A DNA stretch of 64,000 nt, from the NCBI GenBank assembly GCA_013265495.1, contig MU060486.1, positions 744,001-808,000 on the forward strand, given 5' to 3'. Below, one piece after another: positions 35,241-48,914 of the stretch. The notes below the pieces were generated by a model, which saw only the letters and a list, made by a program, of their open reading frames with translations, ran no database searches and was not told the origin of the DNA. Position 1 is the first letter of the stretch. Every line of letters starts with the position of its first letter. Origin of the DNA: Vicugna vicugna (lineage: Eukaryota). Position numbers and translations under genes: made by a program.

Positions 35241-38200
35241 ACAACACAGGCAGGGCGACAGGCTCCCTCCGCCCCTCCGTCTCCTTGTTACCTGCCGGCC
35301 CCTGGGGCCGTCCGCCCAACACGGCCACGGCTCAGCGCCGGCGGGATGGAGACAGCAGCGAGGCGTCGCCAGGACAGAGGCCCTTCCCAGCGTGCACAGC
35401 GGACCCGATGAGTCAGGCCTCAGCGCCCGCGCGCGCGGTGTGCAAGGTGGAGGCGGGCAGTGCTCTCCGGGGGGCATGTTTGTGCCGCCCGTTGTCTCCC
35501 TCCACGCCAGAGCTTCCTCTCACTTCCCCGTTCCGGGAGACTGGCCGCTGACTCTTTGCTGTGAAGGAGATATTTCAGGCGTCGCGGGCCACACGAGGCC
35601 TCTATCTCAGACTCTTCTTTCACAGCCCGTTAGAAATGTGAGAGACGCTCTTAGCTTGTAAGCCACGTGAACTGCCAGGCAACCTTGGATCTGAGGGTGT
35701 TTGGGAAGCGTGTTTGGGCATTTGGATCGGAGGGTCGAATCCCACTTCCTGCAGCGTGAGGTCACCGCAGCATCTGCTCTGTAGAGCGGAGCCCCGGCGA
35801 GCGGCCTGGGCGAGGCTGGGGGAGGGCGGACTCTCTGATGGCTGAGCGTCGGCAGGTGTCCACTTTGCCTTTGCTCTGACTGTGGAACTCTGGGCTTGGC
35901 GGGTTTCCATGTCGTCCCACGCTTGTCTGAAAGCCGTCAGTGTTCGGTCTGAGCTCGGGGCTCTCGCTCTAGACCACCTGCCCTGCCCCCGGCCGCCCAG
36001 CACCCCCTCCCCGATGAGCCTCCTCTCCGCCTGCTCAGGCCCTGGAAGGACAGGGCTGCGCTCTTGGCTCTGAGAGCTGCCGCGTTTCTCTCTCTTCGGC
36101 ACCAAGGCTCGTTGCCTGGAAGCTCATCTTTGAGGAGGAGCCGCAGCAGTGGAGAAATCTTCGGGGCAGGCCGGGGAAACTCCGGCCCCACCCCGACGCG
36201 GCCTGGGTCCCAGGAGCCGCCTCTCACAGGCTTCAGTTTAGAAGCCCCTTTGTCAGATGCTTTGCCAGCCACTTTATCTTTCTAACGCAGCGATCAGCGG
36301 GCAGTGGGATATATTTCACTTTTAATAAGGTGTTGCCAGTCGCACACTCTGTGGAGCAATTAGTGTCAAAGCGCTAAGGGATGGCGGGGGCTGGGGCTGG
36401 GTGTTTACAGACGGGCAGGATTTACAGCCGGGTTCAGAGGAGCCGTGGCCACAACGTGGTGGGCGGGGGAGATGCTGACCAGCTGAGGTGACGTCCACTG
36501 GCCTGCGTGTCTCTGAGCTCTCGCGGCAGGCCCCCGACGGTGCTGTGGTGTCTGCTCGGGCGGCTGGGGGACCTGATGGTCCTCACGGAGATCCGAGTTT
36601 CCATCTCAGCTCTGCCACTCACACTTGACTCCGAGCAGACGTATTCCCGTGAGACTCATTTTCCACAGCTTTAAAGAGAGATGAAAAAATCAGCGAGTCT
36701 AGAATGTGGAGGAGGCTCTCTGCGGATTCTAGCCCTCAGGCCCGGCTGGGCTCTTCCGCAGTGTGTCACGCCCGCCCCGTCCGTGCCATCAAGGCTGCGG
36801 CCAGGTTTCCCAGTCGGCCTGGTTTGCCCAGAACAGCCCTGGCTTTAGGACCGGGAGCCCTGCGCCCAGGGCCCGTCCAGCCCAGGCGGACCGGGACGCT
36901 GGTCACCCTGATCTCGTCTGGAAGTGTCCCCTCCAGTGGGGGCGGGCTCAGTGTAGCTCAGCACTCAGACCAGGAGCTGTGGCTGTGTGCGCCCAGCCCA
37001 GAGCACAGGCACAAGGCGGGTGGGGGTGGGGGGGCTGGTCAGCAGTGACGGGCCCGAGGATGTGGACAGAAGTCAGGGGATCTGGCCCAGAGTTCTCAGG
37101 TCAGTTTCTTCTCTGAGCAGGGTGTTACTAGGTTGACCCTCGGGAGGGAGAACAGGCACCTGTGTGTGTGTCCGTGTGTGCATGTTTCCCGCTTGCTTCC
37201 GTGTGCTGTGGGCGTGTCCGTGGAATCACACACACCTGTGAGCTGCCGCGCCGCAGCTGCCCAAGGCCCGCGGGCACCCCCCCCCCCGGACGGGGAGCGC
37301 GGGTCACGCCCTCAGCGCCGTTCCGGGCGGGGCAGGGGTGGCGCTTCCCCCGACTCGGGGGGCCTGTGCCCCAGTTGGGAAGAGAAGCAGCAGGGCACCC
37401 CACCTGGCCAGGGCAGCCGGCCCCTGGTGCTCCCGTGGCCCGTGGCAGGCACGGGCCGGTTTTCCACACGTGGCAGATTAGGAAACAGACAGAGGAAAGT
37501 TAAAGAAAACCGCAGGTCAGCTGTTGATCAGGGTTCAAGCCGCGGTCTCGAGTCTGGAGGGGGCAAGCTCCCGCCCGCTGTGTGGTTTACAGTCCACGAC
37601 CAGACGCGGACGCCGAGCGGGGCGGAGCCTGGGGGTCAGGGGAGGTGGGGAGGAGAACGCCGCGCCGGTGAAGAGACGCGGACGCCGGGCTCTCGGGACA
37701 GGTGGAGCGGCTCCCGCAGGAAGGGCAGGTAGGGTGCCCGGGGGGCTGGGGGCCGGCTGGAGCCCGTGCCGGGCAGGCACCTGGTGGGCGAGGGAGGAAG
37801 GGCGGCTGGCTTCTCTGAGGCCCAGGGTACCCGGTCCAGGGGTCACTGACCGCTGGGGAGAGGGCACGGGCCCGCGAGCCTCAGGCTGGGCCTGGTGCTG
37901 GAGCTCCCTGGGAGCCCCCTTTCCGTCCCTGGGGGGTGGGGGTGTGTGTGGAGGGTAGTTCTTCCCAGTAGCTCCTCATCTAGCCGGGGTGGGGGGCGGC
38001 CTCACTGGGTTACTGTTAATGCTGTGGGAACGTCGTCTTTTTCTTAAATTACAAGGCCAGCTTTACTGGACACCATATTTAAACCGTTGTTTCAAGTATT
38101 TCCTGAGCACCTGCTTCATTTGTGTTCTGTGGGGGACCGTATGCCAGTGTAAAAGGTCATGTAATTAACTTCGACCAAAAAGCATAAACTAGCCGATACT

Positions 38201-41200
38201 TGGGGAATTTTGACAGAGTTACGAATCCCGGCGTGGGTTTGGACGGCCCAGGCTGTGTGGCACGGGGAGGGGGGCGGGGGTCTCCAAGGAAGCCTGCGGG
38301 GAGGTGACCCCCACCTGCCCCGGGTGCGCATGGCTCCCGTGACCACCGGCTGCCTGTGGGAGCCCCTGGGGCTCTCCTCCCCCGTGCCGCGCCCTTGGAC
38401 CAGATCCCTGCAGAGGGCGAGGGTCTCCCTGCAGAGTCTGTAGGCCTCTGTGGCCAGCAGGGGGAACGGGGCTCCCAGGGCCCTCTGTCCAGTTCAGGGC
38501 TCGGTGGGGCGGAGCTGGAGTTCTCACCAGCCTGCGAGGACGGTCCCAGGTCCACGCGCCGGCCCCCACCCATCTGTGGTCCTGGGGGCCTCTGGGTGGC
38601 CGTCTCTGCAGCCGCCCCCCTGCCCCCCAGACCCCCGCTCTCTTCTCTCACCTTCTTTCTCAGTTCAGTTAAGTCCCCGTCTGTCTCTGGGCTTGTTCTC
38701 AAATTCGGAGGTTTCTATTTTCACACCTTGGTAATTGGTGCTATCTGTTGAAAGTAGCTCTGGAACTCAGCCTGCTGGGGTCGGGAGGAGCTGGACTGAA
38801 TTAAAGGGAGTAGAAATTGGCGAAGCGGGAGGCGGACCTGAGCGGTGTGATTTCTCTCCTCCAGGCGGCCGGCGGCCTGAGCCTTCGGGGCTGGCCGCGG
38901 GCTCCTGGCTTTGTTCGCTCCTTGGTGGGCGCCCCGCGCAGGGGGAGGGGGCAGTGGGGGGAGTGAGGCTCCTGCCTGGCCTCCCCCAGCCTGGGAGTGG
39001 CACTGAGCAGCCAGAAAAAAAAGTCATGTCAGTGAAATGACACTGGAGCGACTGAACATGGAAAACAGCCCCTGTTTTAGCAGCATGGTGTTGGGGAGAG
39101 GGGCTGACAGGGGCCAGAGTCTCTTGGCGACAGCAGCCAGTCCAGCCCCAGGTCATGGCTGAGCGGCGGCCACGGCGAGGCGGGTCCGGACCCTGATTTG
39201 GGCTCCCGGATGCGGGGGAGCAGGAGTCTGCTGTTTCTCCTCTGAGGTTACGAATGGATCGATCCTTCGGCTTTAGACAAATTACTTTTTTCTGCCAACG
39301 TTGTCGACCATCTGTTTTTGATCTCGTGGGAGATTTTCCAGGGCTGGAGATAACCCGTCCACTCCAGGCCGCGGGTGTGGGGCCCTTGTCCAAGGCTGTG
39401 AGACACTTGTGCTCACCCCAGTGCGTCGCTGGGTCTGCCTCCCGGATGGGGGCGATCTTTGGGTGTGATTCTCAAAGAATCTCAAAGAATGCACTTCTCT
39501 TGGGGCCGTGGAAAGTCCAAGGCCATGAACTTCCGCTGTGGCCGGAGTTCGTGTTCCCGTCCCGCACACGGAGGGCGGGGCGTCGTGAAAAAGTACACAC
39601 GTGTGCAAGTTCTGGTTAGGATTATATCACACGTTGATGGTAGCAGATTTGGATAGCGGGAGAAAACGCGAACAGAACAGCAGTGTTTTCTGGACTGTTC
39701 GGACGGCTGATAGAACTCATAGAAGGATAGTGCTGGCTGCAGAAGCCTCTCTCCACCTCCTGCCAAAGCTGGCGTGATTCCAGTCCAGCAGAAATGTTGG
39801 CGTCCGGAGGGGCTGGCTGCTCTTTGCTCAGTGACTGTGGCGGACAGCGGTGGTCACGTGCCTCTGAGGCTGAGTGCCGGCCCTCCCATTGCTGGCTGGG
39901 GTCTGCGGGCGTGGATGAGCGCAGGGCTGGCTGGAGCCTCGTTCCCTCACCTGTACAACAGCAGTGGCGCTGCCCCTGCCACGCAGAGCTCTCGTGACAT
40001 CGGACACAACGTCCACCGGGCCCACGGCCCCGTCCGTGGTGACGGAAGCTCCTCTTACAGGTAACATTTCTGCAAGGCCACACCCCGTCCTTCCTCTTCC
40101 TTGGAGGTTTAATTTCTGACACTCACCCCATTGGGTTTCTTGGGGGCCCTCCCAGTTCCTCTCCTCATCCTTGGTATCAAGTGGAACAGAAAACTGAGCT
40201 CACGACCAGCTCGACGGCCTCTGCTTCGAACGTCCGCCAGGTGCCTGAGATCCATCCACCTGGTCTGGCGTAGCTGTTACGCTGCCGGCACATCGGGGGG
40301 TGACGGGCGGGGAGGGGACCACGTGAGGCCGTCTGGGGTCCTGGGGGCCCAGGCCACATGGGAGAGGCTGCTGCTGGGCTGTGCTTTGTTCCCGGTGCTG
40401 CTCTGGTCCCGAGTCTCTCACTCAGCGGCCACGTCGCCTGCCGCTGCACTTGTTGTGTTACTTTTTAAGTAGACATTGATGACATTGGCACCTCTGTTGC
40501 AGTCTTTACCTTAGCGTGTGGGCTCTGTCCCGTTTGTCGCCGTTACTATGTGCGTGCAGACGTCCCTCCTTTACGCTGGCCTCTGCCTGCTTTTCCTGCC
40601 TGGTCTGTCTCTTACTGTCTGTCGCTGGCCCTTCCACAAGTGGCCTTGACGCCGCCCGGGGAGAACGCCGGCTCTTCCTCGCGGGCCTCGGGCTGGAGCC
40701 CCGCAGAGCGCCAGGGAGCCGGGCGAGCTGCTCTGGGAGCCCTGGCCCCTGACCTGGCCCCGACTCTGGACCGGACCCCGAGCGCCTGGACCCGCTCGGG
40801 TGTTGGGAACAAAGAGGGCAGCCCTCCCAGCTCCCCGGGCAGAGACGCGGCCCTGGCCCCGCACAGCCTGGCCCCGGGCTTATGCAGGTGCGGCCCATCT
40901 TCTCTTCTAAACTGACGGGGGCAGAGGGCGGAGCCTGGGAAGCCCGCTGGCCTCGGAGCCCCCGTCCAGGGAACGACCGGCCGTCGTGATGTGCCGGTGG
41001 TGGGGAGACGCGGTTAATTTCTCCAGACTCAGAGGTGACCGGGTGTAATAAAGAGGATTAATGGATTTGAGCTAAAGGTCCTGGCTGTTTCAGGCAGATA
41101 GCGTCTTCCTTCTGAGACAGGCTGCAGCTTCTGTTCAGGGGCTTCTCTTCAGGGAAATGGCTTGCGCTGCCTTCTTAAAGGGCCTCCTCTGCCGTCCCTC

Positions 41201-43213
41201 CTCCACCGACCTGCCTGAGGTGGCCTGCGCCCTTCAGCGTCCTCACAGCCAGAGGCACCGGGGCCTCCCTGTTGGCTTCAGCAACAAAGAGGCCACTTTT
41301 ATTCGGCTGGTGGCCGACACCACCTCTCTGAAGAGCGTTCTGGCCACAAGCATCCGAAGCTTTAAGAATACCACATACACCCTTTTGCACAGCGAACCGA
41401 CTTGCAGAACTTTATGCAGAATAATTGAGGGGCCTGCAGAGAGCCCACCAGAGAGATGCCTGGGAATGGTGACCAAGGGGGCGTCAGGAGGGGAGCAGTT
41501 AAGTGCCTTACACTGCGTTCACGCAACAGGGTGATGGTCATTAAAAAGAGCTGTCACAGAAGCATTTTGACTTGAAATGCTTGTAAGTTCTAAGACACTA
41601 GGCAGTTAAGCTCATTTTTGTGGGAAAACGTGTGGCACGTGTGTGCTCAGGCGCGGGACGTGCAGCAGAATGACCGGTGATGTCCAGCGCGGTTTTGTTC
41701 ATCCTCGCTCCCTGATTATTTCCACAGCCGTGTCACCCGTGTGGCAGGGACAGCAGGAGAGCCCAGCTCCTCCGTACGTGCCGCCTGCCCAGCGGGGCTC
41801 CGGGCGCGGCTGCTTTCTCTCCCCTTCCTCCCCAGGGAAGCATGGGTGCGGCTCCCGGCAGGTGGGAGGTGGGGCTCTGGGTGACAGAGCTGCGAGCTGC
41901 CCCAGGTCCCAGGTGGGGACAGGCTGGCCTTTCCCAGAGGGAGCAGATCTGATCGACCCCCGGGCTGGAGCCCCGTGGCTCCTTCCGTTGTGTTCGCCCG
42001 GGGTCACCAGCGCCCATGTGGGTGATGCCCCCGCATCCCTGAGGATCTGCTCTGAGTCCAGCTGAGGCTCCTGCCTGTCGTGGACCCCAGCCTTGGTCAC
42101 TTCCCCCGAGTCTCCACCAAGCACTCGGCACTTCCACTATCCCACCTTATCACTCATCCACGATTTTAGTGGGCGCTGGATCTGGGCCCTCCTGGGTAAC
42201 TGCCCGCTCGCTGCTTCTCTCCGATGTTAACGCCAGGGTTACTCTCTATTTCCCCCCTTTGGTAGTTTGGTGTCGTTGTCTCCGGCTTAGTTCTCCTGCA
42301 GCCCTGGGGCGTGTCTTAGTCTCTAATGGCCTCTCTCTCTGGGCGCAGGGCCCTGTGTTGGTTTGCCGTCCGAAAAAGTCTTCTGAGCAGCGTTCTCCCA
42401 GAGATCTCAGCCTTCACGGTGTTTGTGTCCCTCCCCTTCGCTCTTACCCGCTCGCTGTGGCCAACAGTTGAGAAAGGGTGCAGAGCTGATTTGGAATGAG
42501 CTTGCCTCCTGGGGCTCGGAACTGAAAGGGGGAGAAAAAGGCAGGGCAGGCCGTCAGCACTGAGCCCCCTGGGACGTGGGCCTCTCCTGGCGGTCATGGC
42601 CACCTGGCGGGGAGGGTGCCGCCAGCCGTGCCGGCAGTTTAGGGATGGGGACCCCTCGCCCGCACCCCTCACGTCCACGGACTCCACGAGGGTGCCTGGC
42701 TGAGTGTTTTCTTAGAGCAGGACGGAGGTCATGAGGGCCACCTGCTGGGAGGACGAGCGTATCTGGACACGGACACGGGGTGGCTCTCCCGAGTTAACTG
42801 AGCGATGCAGGTTCACGCATACTTACTGCAGCTCCCCTCCCGCCCCGGCGGTTAGGGGTTAACCAGCGTGGAGGCGCCCGTGAGTCCTGGCAGAAGGACG
42901 CCGTGCTGCTGTTCCGGGGTTTCCCTCATCTGGGGTCCTGATCCTCTTACTTTTCTGGCCCCATTTTCTCAGGGCGAGTCTGTTCTGCTCGCTGACTTGC
43001 AGACGCCCGATCCTTCCCCTTTTGAAATGCCTCGCCCATTTCTCCCTGTGCCCGGGCGGAGGGTCTTCCCCGGGGGGCTCCACAGCCCACGGCGCTGGGT
43101 CACGTCTGGGTCGGGTGGTTTCCTGGGTCTGTGTTCCGTCTCTCCCAGGCCCCCTCTTGTCCCTCAGCGGTGAGTGATGGACTGTGGCCCGTCCAGACAG
43201 TGGCTGTTGCTCA

Positions 43214-43704
43214 GTGCTGAGAAGGAACGAGCTATGAAACCATGAAAAAAGACACGGAAAAACAACATAAATGCATGTTGCTGGGGAAAGGACGCCGATC
43301 TGAGGAGGCCAAACACTACACTCCAGCCGTGGGGCTTTCCAGACGGGGAACTGCAGCCAGCGAAGGGTCCGTGGCGGCCGGCCGCTGGGGGAGGCGCGGC
43401 CCGGCGGAGTGCAGAGGGCTCTCAGGGCAGCGAATCTGCCCTGTGTGACGTTGTAGTGACGGACGCACGTCCTCCACGCCCGTCCAAGCCCGGGGAACAC
43501 ACACCAGGAGCGAGCCCCGTTTAAACTGGACTCTGGGTGACGCTGGGTCCACACGGGTTCAGCTGCGCCAAACGTACCATCCGGGGCGGGGGGTGCTGAT
43601 AATCCGGGAGGCTGAGTGTGTGTGGGGTAGGGGCTTTAGGGAAGTTTCTGAATCCTCCTTTCAGCTTTGCTGTGAATGTAAAACTGCTCTGAAAAAAATA
43701 AGTC
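43214..43704 (+). mobile_element. L1MC-type LINE-1 3' end, GC-shifted
   Basis: Colinear with the recalled L1MC1 3' UTR from 'gagctat...ccatgaaaa' to 'ttgctgtgaatgtaaaactgctctgaaaaaaataagtc'. Confidence 0.85.
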
Positions 43705-44099
43705 GTGAAAATAACCCCTGATCTGAAGCATTTGGTGATTCCGGGGTCCAAACCTTCTTCCACGGCCGATCTCAAGCCACCAACGTACGTAAGTGAGGCC
43801 CCCGAGGCCCCACTAGCACGACAGTCACTTTGCCGTCCGCCGAGCCCCCACACGCACGAGTCTCTTTCTAGACTGTCACTCAGACGCCATTGATCTATTT
43901 GTCCCCACGACCGAACCGGAGTGCTTGTGATTACGGCAGCTTGGTTAGTTTAATAAATGTTCCTCCAAACTAATTTCTTATCGATCAGCCAAGCACAGGC
44001 TCACTGGGATTTGGATTTAGGTTACTTTAAATGTGTGCACACACGCACACGTGCACACACAGAGCGAGCATGCCCACCGTACCGAGACTTCCCAGTAAG

Positions 44100-45380
44100 T
44101 CCGCACATCCAGTCGGTGTTTATTTAGAGTCTGTTTTGTGCCAGAAATGGCCGTTGGCTCTGGGACGGACAAGACTGCCGAGTTCCGGCTCTTATAGACA
44201 CTTGCGTCCTGGGGGCGAGGTCGGGAAGGTGGGGGTGAGCAGAGGGTCATGCCCACTTCGAACGGCGTGAATTTGGCGACGGTGTGTAAAACAGAGCAGG
44301 ACCAAGAGGGAGTGTCTGCTGTGGGTCGTTGACTCAGAAGCCTCGCTGAGCGTGACGTTTTCGCTGAGGCCTGATCACAGGCAGACACGGAAAGAAAAAC
44401 CTGGGAGCGTTCCGGAGAGAACCGCAGGGCAGAGCCCCTTCGTGGGGCACCGCCTTGTCGGCTTCGAGAGATTGAAAAAGGCCGGTGGGGAGCGTGTGCG
44501 AGTGATCAGAGAAGGAGACGACGCACTCGCGCAGGGTCTCTGGGCCGCAGTGAGGGGTTTGGACGTTATTCTGAACACGACTGAGGACCTGTGGGGGGTT
44601 GTGTGAGGGGAGCGGCTCCGTTTACGACTTAGCAGCTCACTCTGGCTTCTGTGACAAGAGGAGGCGACGTGTGTGTTAGGAGAGGAGAGACGGGCATTCA
44701 GGGGTGGCTGTGTGATCAGGGTGGAAGGTGGCGGCCCGGGGAGCGGTGGAGGTGAGAGATGCCAGCGGGTTCGGCGAATATTCTGGAAGATGGGCTGGAG
44801 AGCTTTCTGATGCACGTGCTGTGGGGAGTGAGGGGCCAGGGACGAGGCGTGGCTGCAACGACTTCAGGCTGAGAAACGGCCCCAACGGGAAGATGGGAGA
44901 GGGGGCACACGGTCCACCCGCAGTCCTCTGTGGGCGCTGTGTTTGCTCAGAGACACCATCCGAGCAGGGGCGTCAGGAAGGAGGTTGGCGTCCCGCGTCC
45001 TGGGGAGGGTTCTGCTGGAGGCCAGGGGTGGAGATCAGGGCTCTGAGGACCCTCAGTGCACGGCTGCCCTTAAGCCTCCGGTTTGGACGAGGTTCCCCGG
45101 GGAGAGGCCCATGAGGCCTGAGGACGCCCACGTGGAGGGGGAGACGGCAAAGCCGGCTGTGAAGGGGCAGGGACTGAGGCGGGAAGGAGACGGCGGTGCA
45201 GCTCTGAGTAAGACGAGGGGGGGATTTGAGAAGAGGTGGCCCCTGAGGGACGTGGTGGCAGCCAGGCTGGGTGAGAGTGGGGACCCGGTGATGGGGAACC
45301 TTTCCCGGGGTCACTGAAGTGAGGTGCTGAGCTCAGAAGCTTGACGGCCGTTGAGGACAGAAGGGGCATGACGAAGCTGA
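44100..45380 (-). mobile_element. Long L2 fragment, antisense, highly diverged
   Basis: Starts with the antisense L2 terminus ('gtttatttagagtctgttttgtgccag'), then has L2 landmarks such as 'cactctggcttctgtg' and 'ggtggaggtgagaga...atattctggaag'. Confidence 0.7.
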
Positions 45381-47684
45381 GACCCAGCCCACGCTCGCCG
45401 GTGGCAGTGGCTTTATTCCGCAGAGTCCCTGCGGACACTGTGTCCACGACTGTGGGACCGCTGCTCCCGGAGGGGCTGAGGTCACGTTCCCGGGACCCTC
45501 TGGCTACAGCCCTCCCTCGGCTGACCCGCACAGAAATCGTGCCCGTTTCTGGTGAGGACACCGTATTGACTCATTACCACTGAAGTCACGGCCAGAAGCA
45601 CTGGAGCTCGTACCCGAACGGAGTTACCGGACACACCTCTTCTCCAGAAGGCGCCTGCCGGCTTTCTTGCTCTCGGGGACTCTCGAAGGCACTTCAGCAC
45701 TGTGCTTGGGGGCTGTTTTAAGCAGTGGAATCACCAAAAAACGGCACCAAAATGGGGGAAATGTGGTGCTGAGTATTCTAAGGAAGGGACACCTGTTTAG
45801 CGCGTGGTCGCTGAGACGAGAGGGCGCGTGTGTCAGGGCGAGTCAGTCCGTGCTGCTCCGCACGTGCCCACGGGGGCCTGCAGACGTGCCGGGGGTGTTG
45901 AGTCTGGGGCCACAGGCAGCTTCTAGCAAACAGACGGATTGGCGTGCGTGGAGCCCGTGCATGGCGAGGCCTGGCTGCACTGACCAAAGGCCCTTCTCTG
46001 GGGACGTGTTGCTGCAAGGTGCGGCATGGCGATGGGGCCTTCTTTTATTTTGCTTTTAAAAACCTGGGTGATGCTACAGTGTGTTTTCAGGGTGGGAGGG
46101 CTCACCCAGGACAGAGAGAAACCCGATGGTGACGCGTGGCCAGCACAGTCTTCAGTAAGATGGGGCGAGGGGTCCAGGTCCTCGCCGCAGGAGGACGCTC
46201 TGATCAGAGAAGAAACGTGGCAATGTCCGTCACCCAGGGCGCCCTTTCGATGTCCTCTTGCGTATTTTATAACTCAGTTCACATGGGTCCTCGCATTTCT
46301 TACTATTCCTAGGCACGCTGTATCACTTCTGATGGGAGACCCAAGGTCTTACATGTGCTGTTTTGTTGAAAGGTTATGAGCCCCACCCCACATGACTTCA
46401 CTTCCCCCCGCCCCTTTTCCCGTTTCCTAATCTCAGCCTGTCGAAATTCCAGCGTTTTCTCAGTCTTGCTGCAGACGGACCTCTAATGCTGCACTTGTCG
46501 TCCCAGCCGATTGCTCACGCCTGGAAGGAACTTTTAAAGAAACGGTGGGTTTCGGCCGAGACTGAAGGGGCGTGGTGTTCCGTGGACTTCCCCTGTGGAA
46601 CGACGCCCCGGATGGCCTGAGCACTTTTCTTCCTGTCTAACGGCTCCATCAGTTTCTGTGATCCTGGGGGGTGGGTACGATGGGCAGACCGTGGTCCCGG
46701 TGCCGGATCTGCTCAGAGAGCTGTGTGGCCGTCGGCCAGTCACATCCCCTCTCTGGGCTCCGCGTTCTCTGTTACAGGACGAGCTGGTTAGACCCCTCTG
46801 AGGACTCGGCAGGCGCTGATGTTACTCTGATTACGGGAAGCCCTTTGGGGGCAGAGCAGGTCGTGCATTTTTGCAGCAGAAGCGGTCCAGTGAAGGTCTC
46901 CTGAATCGAATTAGCTTCATGATGAAATCCGGGCCCCAGATCTGTGCTGCACGTTCACGCCACACACTTAACCTCTACAAGGCTGTTAGCAGCCGTGGGT
47001 GATGTTACCTCAGCAGTAACCTCACTCCTCCTTGTGACCTGTGTCTGCGCAGCCCTGGCCGGGTCCCCACGTGTCCCTGCCCCCGCGGTGCGAGCACAGG
47101 CCCTTGCGCTCTGAGTGACCCAGGGAGACGAGGTGGTGAGGCCTGTGCAGACCCTCAGACTGAGCAGCTCGCTTAGATAAGTCATCCAGTCACCTCGCTC
47201 ACGTTGTGCCCGCTCTTCTGGGGCCCTGCGGGGGTCACCGTCAAGCTTCAGAAGGACCACCGTAGTCTGAGCCTCTGTAAGCCGTGTGCCGTCAGTGCGG
47301 GAGGTCAGAGCGGAGCATCCACGCGTCGCTCCGCGGGGCGCCGAGTTAGTGGGGTGATCTCGGGGGAGAGGTGGTGCTGCAGGAAACGTGGTCGGCAAGA
47401 GCTCCATGGGGGGTGCGCGTTTACTCTAGACCTGGGGAGAATGTTAGGATTTTATCCTCAGAAAGAGATGAGAGGTGCTGCCTGAGGGCGTAAGCGCCTC
47501 CCGATGAGGGGGGAGCAGTGCACAACCCGAGTCACAGCGAGGACCGTGGGACCAGCTGTCGGCAGGTCCCGGAGGCCTCTTGGCCACAACCGTGGTCGGA
47601 TACAGGCGGTGCCGGTACCTGGTGACCTGGAGCCCAGAACAGGTTGGGGCAGGGGTTCAGGTGAGGTTCGGAGGCTGCTGCCGG

Positions 47685-47830
47685 GTTCGAGGCCTGGGTC
47701 CGCCCCTCGTGGATGTGAATGAGGGTGCGTCAGGGAACCACGTGGACCCCAGTCTCCTCGTCTGTACAATGAAGCTGGGTTCAGTGGTGCCGCCCTCACA
47801 GGACGTGAGGGACCTGAGAGACTCAGGATT
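47685..47830 (+). mobile_element. MIR SINE (GC-shifted)
   Basis: 'gggttcgaggcctgg...cccagtctcctcgtctgtacaatgaag...ccctcacagga' follows the MIR layout. Confidence 0.6.
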
Positions 47831-48914
47831 GACAGGAGATGCCTGCCCGCCTCCGAGGGATCGACAGACAAGCCCTGAGCAGCTTTAGATCCAAGTGACC
47901 GAGACAGACCCAGTGATCAGGGTGGGGGCAGCCGGGAGGTGCTTGGCTACTTGCCTCCACAAGGAGAGGGGTTGGGGCTGCGTGGGGAGCCCGGGGTGCT
48001 GGGTCTTGGGCCGGGGCTCACAGGCAGGCAGGCAGAGACCTCTGAGGTCAGGAAGAGCCCCCTGTGGAACGTCCCTCCCTTTCCTGCTGATGCAGCCACA
48101 GGATGACGTCCTGGGCTGGCTCCTGGCGGGGAAGCTTCGGGGTCCCAGGCCTTCCCGCGGCCAGGCCAGGTCACGGGGCTGTTGCTGAGACGCTGCTGGT
48201 GGCTCTGAGCAGGGATGCCGCCCGATGGCACTGAAGTGTCAGGAGTACGAGCCAGCCACGGGGTGACGTTCTCTGGTGGCCAGTGTGGACCACCGTGTGC
48301 GGGGCAGGTTCCAGCGCGGAGCTCACTGGGGAAGTGCGGGTAGGTCGGGGTACAGCCGGGCAGGGGCCTCGCTCGGCGGCGTGGGCGGGGCTGGGTGCAC
48401 CCTGCTGCCCTGGAGCTGAGTTGCTGCAGGGTGTGCTTGGAGCACTGCCTCCTGGCCTCCGAGCCCCTGCCACACACGCAGGGCCCTTGTGCGGGGACGC
48501 CCCACCGCGCACCAGAGACTAGGGCGAGGCGTCCTGCCGGGCTGCAGTTCTGGTCCCCCGGGCAACACGGACAGTGGGGAAGCCCAGGGTGCTAACTTGC
48601 CTGGCCCAGCTCCTCCTTCAGCCCTCTCTGCTCACAACCCAGGGGGAGGTGGGAGAGCCCGGCCAAGAACGTCCCTTCTGTTTGGTGTGGCGAGCCGACA
48701 CCGGTGCCCAAAGACAGCTGTGTGTTGCGGTGGCCCTGAGCTGTGCGCAGGAATCGTGCTTGTGGCCTCGGCCCCCGCTCTGACCCTGGGGGCCTGGGGT
48801 GGCGTGCAGGCGCGGGCCTCTGCCGTCCACCCCCTCGTGGCTCAGGGGCAGGCGGCCACAGGCCACGGGGGGACTGATGACTCTGAGTCTTGCCGTGGGC
48901 CACGCATGCACGGA

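Noticed and set aside
41040-41055. Intronic AATAAA hexamers (e.g. about 41047 and 49847) as premature polyadenylation sites
   Set aside because: The hexamer alone is common, and there is no clear downstream GU-rich element or upstream terminal exon.
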